From Octopus sinensis (Eukaryota), in the NCBI RefSeq assembly GCF_006345805.1, contig NC_043001.1, positions 45,136,001 to 45,200,000 on the forward strand: a DNA stretch of 64,000 nt, given 5' to 3'. The notes beneath the pieces are model-generated. The model was not told the DNA's origin. It saw nothing but the letters and a program-made list of their open reading frames with translations, and ran no database searches. A program made the position numbers and the translations under genes. This document shows, piece after piece, positions 1-13,110 of the stretch. Position 1 is the stretch's first letter. Each line of letters begins with the position of its first letter.

Positions 1-1329
1 ATAAAATACTCCAATGCTGTTATAAAGCACATAACATATACTCTGATAGGGGCTGCAATTGCCCTGAACACAGCCAAGAATTCCTTAGACTGATACACAC
101 ATATACATACACATGCATACAGGGAAACAGAGAGAGACAAATAACAATGAAAAATACAAAGAAATATAAAAAGAGGGAGATAGAGAGAAATAAAGAGAGA
201 CATTTTAACTAATCCCACCATAAATTAAGAATAATAATTTCTAAATTTGGCACAAGGTCATACAACATCAATAACAACAACAGTTATTATTATTAGCAGC
301 AGCAGCATAATCACTGTTGCATTACCAAAGAATGGATCTTAGTAAATCTATGGGGAGTCATCTAGGCCCTACCTTCAACAACAGTTAAGTTGCAAAGGGT
401 AAAAGTAAGTTTCTGATTCAATATTCATAAAAATGGTTATTTGTCCTACTTTTCATCTTTGTAACTGTTGCTGTGTTGCTCCTTTGTTTTTATTTACCTT
501 CAGTGATATTTCTTTTGTTTTAGTTCCCAAACTATGTTCTACACATTAATGCTTTTGAAAAAAAAGCTATGTATGTCACAACTCTTTTGACTTAACTATC
601 CACTTATCTCGGTCAAGTTGTATATTGATTATAAAATGGTTTTATGAGGACCAATGAAAGCAATGAAAGGTTGAGTTGATAGAGTAGTGGATAGTTCAGA
701 TAAGAGAGTGGTGAAATATTGAATAAAATAGAACAGTGCATTGTTTGTGGCAAATGGTTTAATTGTTGGACTGGTGGGTAGGTGGATGTGGATGGTCATG
801 TTGATAGAGTAGAAGATATTTAGGAGGTAGGCAACTGGTGCTGTGCCAATGGCCAAAAAAAAAAAAAGAAAGAAAAAACAAGTTAACTTTCAACAGTACA
901 GTTCACTTAAAAGCAAATAGGTACTATGCAGTGGAATGGTACACTACCCTAAGTAGCAGTGTAAAGATAATTGACAAAGTTTCATTATCAAACAGTGAAG
1001 AGTTCACATCTTTTGTACATATGGGCAAATATGGGAGGTGTTGTTTGTGGGGGAAGTGGGGGAAGGGATTACACTGGTTTTAACAACAGATCAATAAAAC
1101 CAAACATGCATTGTTGGTAATTTCTGGTCATAAGATAAAAAATCAAGCAGATGGCGTGAAGAATTTTTTAAAGGAAGATGTTTGAAGATCAGAGTTAAGT
1201 AAAGGAGTAGAGCCAAATGAATTAATTTCAGTACAGAGATGCTAATTATTTTATTGACTCAATAAAAACAAAAGACAAAGTCAACTGCAGAAGGGTTTGA
1301 ACTTAGAACATAAAGGCATCTAATTAAAT

Positions 1330-1545
1330 ACTGGTTTCAAATTTTGGCACGAGGGCAGCAATTTTGAGGGAGGGGGTAATTTTATTACATCAACCCAGTT
1401 TTCAACTGGTACTTATTTAATGAACCCTAAAAAGGATGAAAGGCAAAGTTGACCTTAGTGGAATTTGAACCTAGAACCCAGAACATAAATGTCACGAAGC
1501 ATTTTGTCTTGTGTGCTAACAGTTCTGCCAGTTTACCACCTTATG
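1330..1545 (-). mobile_element. Older copy of the abundant SINE family
   Basis: GGATGAAAGGCAAAGTTGACC...GAATTTGAAC signature. Confidence 0.7.
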
Positions 1546-2815
1546 TAATTAAATATTGCAAGGTATTTTGTCTTATGTGTTATTGTTTCTGATGGCAATT
1601 ATCATAAGAATCTGTTATACACCCACATTAAAAAAAACATTTTAAAATCATTTAATTTTTCAGTATTAGAAGTTTCTAATACCATTTGGAGAAGGCAGAA
1701 TTGATTAGATGAACTCCAGAACCTGACTGTTGTTCTATTGAACTTGCCAAGATTCGAACGCAGGAAAGAAAATGGATGCACCTAAGAAGTATTTTCTCTG
1801 CTGTTCTGCCTATTCTGCCATCTATACTAAACACACAAGATTCCTTAAAGTCTTTGCAGAAGTCTTCATGCACTTGACTTGTTAGAAATAACAGCCAAAT
1901 CTAATTTTAAAAAAGGAAGGTCACACTGGACAATATAGTTTTGGATACACAAAAAGATGAGATAATTATTGATAAAATCCTTGTTGATCATAATTTTAGT
2001 TGACCTGGGCCTAAAGAACAATAAGATTTCCTGAGACCAATGTTTTCAGTTGCTGTTGATGCCTGACAATAGATTTTTTCTAGAATATAGACATTTAGGA
2101 TTTTCTTTCTTGCCTTACTACTACTACTATAGCTAGAGTGCTTAACCCCTTCAGCTTTTTTAATAAGTAGGTACTAAACAAGTGCTACCAATAATAGAAT
2201 CATAAGTACAAACTTATCAAAGTTGGACTTATATCTTCAGAAAATATATTTGAATTACTTTCTTACTTTGCTCCACATAACTGGTTATTTTTATGCTTCC
2301 TCCCACATAGCTGCTCTATTTTTTTTAGTTATTTTATTATATAAATACTGATAATTATCTAATGGTGACCTGTTTAGAAAACAAACTAAAGAGCAAGTCT
2401 TATAAGAGACAAGTTTAACAAAAAGCTGAAACTAATACGATTTTATTTGATTCAACACAGCAAATGAAAGCATAGCACAGAAAATCTGTTGATAGAAACA
2501 AGGCCAATTGCACAATGTAGTTTGCATTGCTGCAACTATTAATATAATTATTACAACCTACTGAAAAGATTTTGTCCTATATGGATGGTTTTGAAACCAT
2601 TGTCTGAGTAACTGGAGTATCATATATATTTAATATGTGAGTTTTTCTTGAATTTTGTTTTATTCTGTAGCATACTTTTCAAATTGGACATGTGTCACTA
2701 CTCAGAATTAAAACAGTTTATAAGTCCTGGAATATTGAAATGATGCATCAGTTATAGAATCATGGATTGCTTTGTGTAGCATAAATGTATGCTAAAAATA
2801 TATATATATATATAT

Positions 2816-3124
2816 GGAGGTGCAATGGCCCAGTGGTTAGGGTAGCAGACTCGCAGTCGTAGGATCATGGTTTCAATTCCCAGACCGGGCATTATGAGTG
2901 TTTATTGAGTGAAAACACCTAAAGCTCCATGAGGCTCCAGCAGGGGGTGGTGGTGATCCCTGCTGTACTCTTTCGCCACACCTTTCTCTCACTCTTTCTT
3001 CTGTTGGCCTGCTCGCTTAGCCAGCGGGGTGGCATCATTAGAAGGCTAAAACAATGCGAAGCGCATTGTGACCAGCGATGTGTAGCGACATCTGATAGCC
3101 CGGTCGGTCACAGTGATCATGGCG
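2816..3124 (+). mobile_element. tRNA-derived SINE, well preserved, inserted in (TA)n
   Basis: GGAGGTGCAATGGCCCAGTGGTTAGG A-box, GGTTTCAATTCC B-box, CpG-rich body, TA repeats on both sides. A decayed relative lies at ~53150-53430. Confidence 0.8.
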
Positions 3125-3428
3125 ATATATATATATATATATATAGAGTTGTGAAAAGACTAAATTTGTCTTCTAAGTCGATTTAGAAGTCGATTTAGCT
3201 TTTCATCCTTTTGAGGTGGATAAAGGATAAAATACTGGTCCAGTACTAGGGTTGATGAATCTTTTCACTCACCAGCTGTGAAATCTTATTCTAGTGTACT
3301 TAAAAAAGTGAAAATAAAACAGAAAAGAAATTAAGATAAATTCTACAATATTTCTAAAAAATAAAGTATTGAAGAAAACCCGAAATTATGAAACTTGATA
3401 TCCTTTATAAGAAAGAAAAAAATTCAAA

Positions 3429-3668
3429 CAGGGTTGGTCAAAAGTCACCCGATAGTAAATCAAAATTCCATAAATACTTAATATTTAATTTTATTTATTC
3501 ATTCCAATTATGAATGTTTAGTAATTGAATGCTATGAGTTAAAATTACCGTTTTTTTTTTCAGCATTTGTCTATTTATTTGCAAAGTCTCATATAAAATA
3601 ATTTTTTGTTTTAATCTTGGAATTTAATGGGTTTTGATTTACTGTCAGGTGACTTTTGGCCAACCCTG
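3429..3668. mobile_element. Tc1/mariner-type MITE (~240 bp) with ~40 bp TIRs
   Basis: CAGGGTTGGTCAAAAGTCACCCGATAGTAAATCAAAA at left vs TTTTGATTTACTGTCAGGTGACTTTTGGCCAACCCTG at right, followed by TA; AT-rich non-coding interior. Confidence 0.8.
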
Positions 3669-3698
3669 TATAATGTACATTGATTTAAGTAAAATATA

Positions 3699-3926
3699 TA
3701 TTTCTTTACTACCCACAAGGGGCTAAACATAGAGGGGACAAACAAGGACAGACATAGGTATTAAGTCGATTACATCGACCCCAGTGCGTAACTGGTACTT
3801 AATTTATCGACCCAGAAAGGATGAAAGGCAAAGTCGACCTCGGCAGAATTTGAACTCAGAACGTAACGGCAGACGAAATACGGCTACGCATTTCACCCGG
3901 CGTGCTAACGTTTCTGCCAGCTCACC
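3699..3926 (-). mobile_element. Young copy of the most abundant tRNA-derived SINE family in the window
   Basis: Minus strand GGTGAGCTGGCAGAAACGTTAGCACG...GAGTTCAAATTCTGCCGAGGTCGACTTTGCCTTTCATCC...AAGTACCAGTTACGCACTGGGGTCGATG; CpGs retained. Confidence 0.85.
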
Positions 3927-3929
3927 AGG

Positions 3930-4350
3930 CCCAGCTGGAAGTTTAACCTTTTGACATACAGGAGTCCCATTCAGAGGGGAGCCTTGTAGTCTCAGTTATT
4001 TAAGCATTATAGAAATTGGATAACCTCCAACCTGATGCGTCAGTGGGCCTAGAACACACACACACACTTTTATATTGTAAGGAAGAAGATTGTGTTAGTA
4101 TGAGCATGTGATGTGTACAGATGACAATACAGTTGTATAAAGAAGTGCAGGGTACCCAAAGCAGGTGAAATATGCAGAAAGAGGAGATCCAGGAAGACAT
4201 GCAATGAATGGTGAAAACGGATGAGCTTAATGGAGAAGATAATGATAGACTAAAATGATTGGCAACATACAGTGCTGGAGAGACCTGACCTGTAAGCACA
4301 GTGAAACCAATGTTAAAAAAATTACGATATTGATGGAGTTGGGGGAGCAT
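3930..4350 (-). mobile_element. Decayed LINE 3' ORF2 fragment; similar relics at ~640-860 (-), ~8090-8390 (-) and ~57390-57800 (+)
   Basis: GC-elevated, with frames reminiscent of the LINE C-terminal region (R..S.F....LWN.LP-type pattern); PTDASGWRLS motif; no intact ORF. Confidence 0.45.
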
Positions 4351-4689
4351 AATGTGTATGTGTGTGCATGTATATATATATATATATTCATGCATGCATG
4401 TGTATGTGTATGTGTATATATATATATATGCATGTGTGTGTGTGTGTGTGTGTGTGCATATGCATGTATTTGGATCTTGCCAATTTGTCATTAAGTCTAC
4501 ATCTGCTATTTCTTTCTCTCATAATCCCATCACTCATATCTTCACTTATCTCCACCATTCACTCTCCCTCTACTTATCCTGTCTTCTATTTGATGTATTT
4601 AATCAACAGTAACCACTTTTATTTACATTCTTGCCTTGTTACCTGGAGTGAATGAACACATGACTGAGTAGTAAAAACCCACCAATCTC

Positions 4690-5136
4690 ATAGAATACAA
4701 GGTTAGTGCCACAATAAACACCATCCTGTACACTCTAAAAAGTGGTTGGCAAACCAGCTGAGACAGCACAGATTTGAGAAGATCATTCATCTTTAGTGAG
4801 GACATGACAACCTCTCTAGTGCTGGAGCCACAATGAAATGCACCCAGTACATTTTATAATGTAATGAATAAGCAAAAGCAACATAAGGTCAAGAGGACCT
4901 TGTAGTTTTGTTGAGGACATGAAACCTCTCTAATGCTGGTGCCATGACAAAAGGTACTGAGTACACTCTGTAAAGATGATGATAGAAGAGCATGCAACTG
5001 TAGAAATCAAACCAAAAACAAAATGTGTAAAGAAAAATCAGTCTTCCAACCAGTCTAAGTCTGAACAAGAGAGCTAACTCAGATCTTGGCAGCCCATCTA
5101 ACCCATACCAGCATCGAAAGTTGAAGTAAAGTGATG

Positions 5137-5140
<4 letters not shown>
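4690..5140 (+). mobile_element. Old relative of the tandem-unit SINE
   Basis: Repeated GAGGACATGA(C)AACCTCTCTA(G/A)TGCTGG unit; 3' end AACCCATACCAGCATCGAAAG..GTAAAGTGATGAT. Confidence 0.55.
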
Positions 5141-5172
<32 letters not shown>

Positions 5173-7615
5173 TATTTCTGTATCATATATATTTCTATAC
5201 TATACATACAAGCACACACACATGCATACACAGAAAGCAATGCTAGGGTATATGGCCAAAAATAACAAATTATTAACTGTATAAACATATTACGAAGTGA
5301 GAAGGAAACAATCCGCAATTACAGTTTTTGTACTGTTATTGTATATTGGTACTGATCTAACAGCATGACTGGCTGTTTAATTCTTGAAACTAAGGAAGAG
5401 ATGACGCAGTCACAGCAGCCTCTATATGTCAACGATGGAAGTGAAGACACACTTAAGGATGACCTGTCATGAAAGTGTCATGAGTTAAATTAAGAAAGGA
5501 ATCTTAACTTTTTTTTTAATGTCAGAATAAAGTAAGTCAGAGACTAAGGAAATAAATGGACACATAGTTTCATTAATTTAGGCATTAAATGTTCTTGAGG
5601 GAAATATGGAAACTTAAAAGTAAAAACACCGAGATATGTTAGAGATATGCATGAATTCTCATTTCCCGAAATTTCCAGAAACCAGTAATACACAAGGGGT
5701 GAAACTAAGCAGTATGGAAACACAACCTTGACCCCTGGTCAAATAGACTTATAAAGAAACAAGGAGAGACAAATGGACACGGAGAGATCGGTAGACAGAC
5801 AGATACAGTGCTTATCAAACATCACAGTATGATTTGAAGAACCAGTTTGTGAAAATTATGAAAAATTTTGTAGGAAGACAATTTTATAGAAGGGGGAAAA
5901 AAAGAGAAAAACCTAATAGTTATGATGCCCTAAAGAAAAGTAACTTTTACTGTTGAATTTATTTTGTAAACTGTATAAAGCCTGTACTGTCAATAGTCAT
6001 AAAGAAATCTCAGGCTATCAAAGACTTCAAAAGAAAGTGAAAATGTTTTCTTTTTTTTATTACATCTTGTTGGTTTCTTTATTTGATGATTTGGAATTTT
6101 ATTTTCCAAAATTAAGATATCAAGCCCTTTACCAGTTAAATAAATCCCAGAAGTTAATTGCTTTTTATACTTTATGCTACTTGGGAATATCACATGTTAC
6201 TGGGAAAAAATAACAGCTAAATTTGAAGGCTTGAAAATAAAACTCTGAGGTATGTTAGGTTGTTGCAAGGAAGTAGTTCCCAACCTGAGTACTCACACCT
6301 TCTGGGAGTGCAAGATAGCACTTCAGAGGCATGACGAAGGAGGACTGTATATATATATATATATATATACATACACAAATCTGAAGAATCTACTAGAGTA
6401 GATGCAAGCGGTAATATATGATTTATAAAAACATGTGGCATATCAATAAAAATCTGTAAATGTACAACCATCCAGATTTCTGAGTACCTTATTTTTCTAA
6501 TATATATATATATATATACACTCTACTAAAATTGCTATTCAGAATGAAATTATTAACTTACTGTTAAAATAACTTTGTTCTATTAAGCACACCAAAAACT
6601 TTATTCATTCTAGAGAGCAATAAGACCAAACAAGTTTAAAAATAAATTGGTTATTAGGAAATTTACTTTCTAATCTCCAAATGTAGTATTACTTTGGTAA
6701 TGGGTGTGAAAATTAAATCAAACATTTCTGAAGGTTGCAGGGCCTAGAAAAGGTTGAGAATCACTGCAGTAAGGAAAAAAAGAAATCTCTATTGTTTCTA
6801 CCAGTGCTGTTAAGCAGAGCAATTTCAAACTACAAACATTCCAGTTTGAAGTATTCAGCAGAGTTCAGCCTAAAATCTCAAGATATTTCCTCCTTTAAAG
6901 AAAACTAATATAACACATTCATTTGTTTATCCATCCATTTATTTATTTACTTCTATTGTATTGGATCTACACTGTCAATGTACACAAATGTTATTCTGTT
7001 GAACTTATCTATACTGCCAATGTAGGTTACCAAAACTGTATTCTCTTATTACAAATACAGCATTACTGTATTGATTCTATATTGCCAAGATAGACTAATA
7101 CTCCTATATTAACTTTATACTACCATTACTGCATGTGCTATCTTGCCAGTACACACCAATATAGCTATACGAGTAAAAGAGAGGAACAGAGAGTTCTACA
7201 CAGCCACCTGACCTGCTTGAAATAGTAGCCAAATTTCCTTCTTAAAAAAGGGAAAGAGACATGCAGCCAGAATAATATACTCTTGAACTCATTAATGGTA
7301 AACAGAGATGGTTGTGACAGGAATGTCTATGAACATAAGACTGCTCAATCAGGGCTGATATGGGTTAAACATAACTATTACTGTTTGGACTGTATACTGT
7401 CTAGAATTACCATTATTACATTAACTCTATATATCCAATTCAACCCATTAATTATTTTGGATTCTGGTGATTCTAAACAAAGCAATACATTTAAATTTCA
7501 AAATATTTAACCATTACTAGTAGCAACATGCACACACACACAGTTGTTTAAGAATTGATAAGTCAGAAAAAAAAGGAACTCATATATTTATATATTTGTC
7601 AATAGAGTAGGTATA

Positions 7616-7655
<40 letters not shown>

Positions 7656-9442
7656 TTAAAATGAGAATATAGATTTGTAACACACATATACTTAACAACT
7701 GTAATCTTTAATTGTCAAATTGAAAAAAGAGAGAGATTTATGTAAAGCCTTGGAAAATAAAACAAAATATAAATCTAATAACAACAAATAAGTTTGACAA
7801 AGATGTTCTTGAAATAGAAAGAACACAGGAAAGAGTGTATCAAAATTGATAATCTACAGAGCAGGACAAAAAATAATTTGTCAATTACACAGCACTTCCA
7901 TTGCTTATATTAGAAAATTGTTTCTCTTCTGTTATATCTATTTACACCAAGATGGATACAGTTACATGCTGTGGGCACTGAAATAATAGTCGACCTATTG
8001 CCTGTCTGTCTGGAACACTTACAGATTGAGCTAACTGAATGCTTAACATTCAGTAAAATGGAATTAAGAGAAAATATTCTGTAAAAGAACACTAAGTGGC
8101 TGAGAGTTAGGATCATGGTAAGGAGTTTTGGTACATAAACATAAGTAATAAAATTGAAAGGAAGAAGATGAATGAGCTAAATGTAGTCTGGCAACTGTGT
8201 ATAGGCAGAAGAGGAATGAGCTGCGTGTAATCTGGTGACTGTGAATGGAGAGAAGAATGAGTTGAGTGTAGTGAGAGAATATGTAGAAAAAAGGAGAGGA
8301 ATTTAGAAACAAGGAGGAATGGGATGAGGAATTTTGAAACAAGAAGGAATGGAATGAGAATATGGAAGGACAGGGAAGGAACAAATATATTTAATTTTGT
8401 TCCATGTTAACATGGGTATGGATGGCCTTTTGCAAATTTGGACGCATGCATGTTGCCTCAGCAATTGTTTCAATGTTCAGATCCTCTTCTTTGATAAAGG
8501 CAGACTGAGACAAATAAAATTAAGTAGCTCACCACAATAATTAAAGATATCATATGTAAACTTATGATCAGTAGTCCAGCACTTTAACCTAACATATACT
8601 ATGCTTCATTGTTTTTAAATTTATAATTCATTTAATTAAAACAATAGAATAATGCTATATAATAAATACTTGTAAAATAAAATAATAAGTACAGGCCTGG
8701 CAGTGTGGTCAAGAAGCTTTGCAATCACATAGTTCCCAGTTCAATCCTGCTTTCCAGCATGCTGAACATGTGTCTTCTATTGCAGCCAAACAATAGAAGA
8801 CACTTGTCTAACATAACTTCCCTGTGTTAGAATGTCTTGTGAGTGGAACTTCGTTGAGAGAAATAGTGTGAAAACCAGTCATGTATGTATGCAAAGTTCT
8901 GAATACGTGAGTGTGTGTGTATTCTATGTTTTCCCAGGTAGTGTCATGTTCCTTTATGCCTTGTATCTTAGTGGTTCAACAATGAATATTTGTCTCTAAG
9001 TAAAGAATAAATGAAAGCCAGATAGAAATTTATATCTAGAATATCTTAAACGCTTGGCACAAAACAGTGGCTTTGAAAACTGTGCAAATCATTGAAGTGA
9101 GAATCTCTGTTTAATGCCAAAAAAAATCAAACCTGACTAGAGTAAGATACTAGAAATCGCAAATAAAGTCCATACAATAAATTTAGGTAGCACTGCTTCG
9201 TTTTGCCAAACAAATTTCATAAGAATATTTAAACACAAGAATATGAGTTACACAAATATAAAGAACTGGAATCCAGAGAAGCACTGAGTGCATATAATTG
9301 AGTAAAACCCCTCTGTCATAAAATTTCAGGTCTTGTGCCTATGTTAGAAACAATTGTTATTAATAGGAAGCAGTTACAACTGAAACCCGATTCAATGACT
9401 GATATCCTTATCGTATAAACTTATGGTCCTGTGTTGTTTCAA

Positions 9443-9646
9443 CCCTTTAGCATTCAGATTACTCTCTCAAATGTAATGCTTATTTATTCGCATTATTTAA
9501 TCATGCATCATTTTGTAGCTAAGACACTTTCATGATGTGATTGCTTAGTTTCAGAAATACATTGTAGTATAGGTGTGAGAGGCCAGTTTTAACATAAAAC
9601 TGGTAGGATGTTTTGGCCAGATATAGCCAATTGGAATGCTAAAGGG
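9443..9646. mobile_element. piggyBac-type MITE, copy 1
   Basis: TIRs CCCTTTAGCATTC and GAATGCTAAAGGG; flanks TCAA and TTAA. Confidence 0.8.
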
Positions 9647-10102
9647 TTAAGAAATAAAGAGAAAAGATGTAGTGGATAGCAGCATGCAGAATTAATAGAG
9701 TAACAAATTAAAAGCATTGTGTTATTAAATTATTTTCAAATCCTGCCAAAGCCAAATCCTAGTATCAGTAAAATAAGCCATTATCAAAAGCAAGGTTAAT
9801 TTAACACTATCACCAAGAAATGTGTCTTCATTAGAAATCATAATTCTTGTGAATAGAGCAGAGAATGGTAGATACAGCAGAATACTTTCTGGTATGTAGC
9901 TACACGTCATTATATTTTGAATTCAAATGGAATAACAGACATTTGAAATAATGTAATAACACAGAGGCAAATAGAAAGCAAAAGACAACCTATTAACCTA
10001 TACATACATTATGTGTGTGATCTTTTGAACAGAGTGTACAAGCACATATAATGTATTTAAATTTAAATATTTATTATTATTATTGTTACTACTACTACTA
10101 CT

Positions 10103-10134
<32 letters not shown>

Positions 10135-10414
10135 CACTACCACCACCACAACCACTGCTACTACTAATAATAATAACTACAACAAGGCTGTGATCTGGTA
10201 GAATCATTACAGTGCTATTATGTTTTGAGTTCAAAATTCTGTTGAGGTCAACTTCACCTTTCATTCTTTTGGAGTCAATAAAATAAAGTAACAGTCAAGT
10301 ACTGGGGTTGATAGTAAAGACTAACACCCCTCCCTCAATATTGTTCTTGGTGCCTAAATCTGAAAATCATCATTACCATTATTATTACTATTATCATCAT
10401 TATTATTATTATCA

Positions 10415-10640
10415 GCTTAGGCAGTGAGCTGGCAGAATCATAAGCAAGCCAGTATTTAAAATGCTTAGCGGTATTTCACCTGTTGCTACATTCTGCATTC
10501 AAATGCTGCTGGGGTTGACTTTGCCTTTCATCTTTTTGGGTTCAATAAATTAAGTACCAGTTACGCACTGAGGTTGATGTAATTGACTGGTCCCCTACCC
10601 CAAAATATCAGGCCTTGTACCTTATGTAGAAAGTATTATT
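10415..10640 (+). mobile_element. Older copy of the abundant SINE family, plus orientation
   Basis: GGCAGTGAGCTGGCAGAATC...GACTTTGCCTTTCATC...AAGTACCAGTTACGCACTG. Confidence 0.75.
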
Positions 10641-12799
10641 AATTTTAGCTGATACTGGTGCACAGTACAAAAACTACTGGCCTTGCGTCCACATAAGAAA
10701 TAATAATTATTATTCTTGTTATTTATCCTGATGAAGAGAGGTAATGCCCACACAGTCAGATGAGATAAATTGATGTTCTTAATAGTCTTGCTGCAAAGGA
10801 TTTTAAGAATTAAAAGCTGAAGTTAAAAAGAGAGTTAACGAGAAAGAAAGATAGAAAGAAAAAGATAGGGTGGGAATGAATCAGAGACTGACAGAGAGTG
10901 CATAGAATCAACTAATAAAATTAACAAGCAACTCATTTTGATTCTTAATATTCAATTGTTACAGGCTAAATAAACTGTTTTAAAAAGTTAGCATTTTCTG
11001 TTTCGCACATTTTGCCCAAAGTAGAATTGCAAAAGTCAGTCTTAATGTGTCTTGTATATATATACATCTTGTATAATCTAAAAGAGATCCTTTTCCTTAA
11101 ATAATTGGCCATTAGGTACAATGGTAATTGAATACCAGGTATTATAAGTAGAATTGTCTCTTGCTCCCACTAAGCTAGCTAGATTACAATCAACATAACT
11201 CCCTTAAACATCTGCATTCTCCACCCACCAGTAGAACACAGGAATTCTCCATACAGTTTTCATAAATTGTGCATTTGACATTTTAGCTGATGTATATAAA
11301 TATTGAGTGTGTGTGTGTGTGTGTGTGTGTTTATGTGCACATGTACATGAGGGTGAGTGCATGTTTACACATGTCAAAGCATGTGGCTATGTGACCTAAT
11401 GGTATTGAACTTATGACTGTAAAGTTGTGGGTTTAATTCCTGGGCCAAACACTGCACTGTGTTTTTGAAAAGCACTTCATTTCACATTACTGCAACCGAT
11501 TCAGTCGGAAAATGGGTATCGGCCTAGTAGTGTTGCAGCTCTCTCTCTCTCATCCACCATCACATCTTAGATTTTACACACACAACCAAGTCATACTCTC
11601 TTGTCAGCGCTGGCTATAGTTTTGTTTATTTTTTTTAGCGATCATTTTAAATCGTTGTGTATGTTTAGGCTTTACTTAAATTCAATAGCAAAACTTCTTT
11701 CTTATTTATATTCTGTATAATGCTAATTAAACTAAAAAGGTAAGGCAATAAAAATTCCCAAATGATCCCTACATTTTAGTCCCTTTCATGTATGTTAAGC
11801 AGGGTTTGCGTCATTAAAAAAAATGTCACATTTATACACACATATAAATGTTAAATGATACAAATAGAAGACTAGAACTCAATACTCAAAAGTAGAGCAA
11901 ATATGTGTGTATATTTAGCTGTAAAGCTATATAAATGAATCAAGGAAGTACAATGAACAAAACATTCGGGCCCTTGATCTACTTACATAGCTTACAGCTA
12001 AATTGTGTGTGCAGGTGTGTGTTTGTGTGCACATGCATGCGTGTGTGTGTGTGGGGGGGGGCGTGTGTATGTGTAGAAGTATCACCAAAGCAGAACTGAC
12101 ATGCAGATAGAAAACAACAATATACATTAAAAAGAAAAACTACAACCACCATTCCATGTACTTGCAGCCATCATTGGTTGGTTGGTTTTGTTAGAAATAA
12201 ATGAAAGGCAGGTAAAAACTATGTTTTACCTTTAAATTGTTGTTATGTTGTTATAACAAAGTTGTTTTACCACATTGCTTGCGCACAACCATAGATATAA
12301 AAGGTTAAGATTTTATCGTGAAGTCCATATCATGTAATTATTTCATATAAACAGGTTGGTTGTGTTTCACATGGCTAACTAAATACTAAGAGAAAAAATT
12401 GCTGTGTGTGTATGTATGAGGGAGAGAAAGAGAGGAAGGAGAGAGAGAGAAAGAGAAGTAAAAAGAGAGAATGGGAGATAGTGAGAGAGACTTGACTGTC
12501 CAAAAACTGTATATGAAATGGAAAATGGAAACATCTCTTAAGCACCCCACCTGTTCCAAGGAACAGAATTTAATGGTTGTTCAGTGGTATGAAGTGAATA
12601 AGAGTTAAATCACCTGCAGGATAGGATGCTGATCTATTGTAGGCTGACATTCCCAAATGATCAGACACTTATTCCTGATAGCTGAGTGTTAAACTTGGAT
12701 AATACAAAATAAAGTGGTTGGCCTAAGAACACAATAATACATTCACAGTAGACTTGAGCTTGTAACTTAAGAGCAAGTAGTTCAATATCTTATCTGTTG

Positions 12800-13110
12800 C
12801 ATCATGGCTCAGTGGCTAGAGCATTGGGCTCATTCATGATGTAGTGAGTTTTATTCCTGGATCAGGCTGTGTGTTCTTGAGCAAGATACTTTATTTCAAG
12901 TTGCTGGAGAAATGAGTTGTGATGTCACTGGTGCCAAGCTGTATTGGCCTTTGCCTTTTCCTTGGATAACATTGATGGTGTGGAAAGGGTATGCATGGGT
13001 GACTGCTGGTCTTCCATAAACAATCTTGCCCAGACTTGTGCCTCAAAGGGGAACGTTCTAGGTGCAATCCTATGGTCATTCATGATCAAAAGGTGTCTTT
13101 ATTCTTTACC
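12800..13110 (+). mobile_element. tRNA-derived SINE (third family)
   Basis: CATGGCTCAGTGGCTAGAGC A-box, GAGTTTTATTCC decayed B-box, GTGTTCTTGAGCAAGATACTTTATTT core. Confidence 0.65.

Noticed and set aside
4000-4655. Overlapping ORFs rich in HTHT/YIYI/CVCV; likewise at 36708-37385, 39016-39462, 41755-42224, 44027-44665, 63087-63415
   Set aside because: Translations of dinucleotide microsatellites, which lack stop codons; not genes.
8023-8078. Possible 56-nt downstream exon (TTTTACAG...T|GTAAGT)
   Set aside because: Closed in phase 1, which the giant exon donor requires; peptide unremarkable.
10722-10770. CTGATGA motifs elsewhere (here, ~50167, ~63443) as hammerheads
   Set aside because: No stem II followed by GAAA and no stem I.
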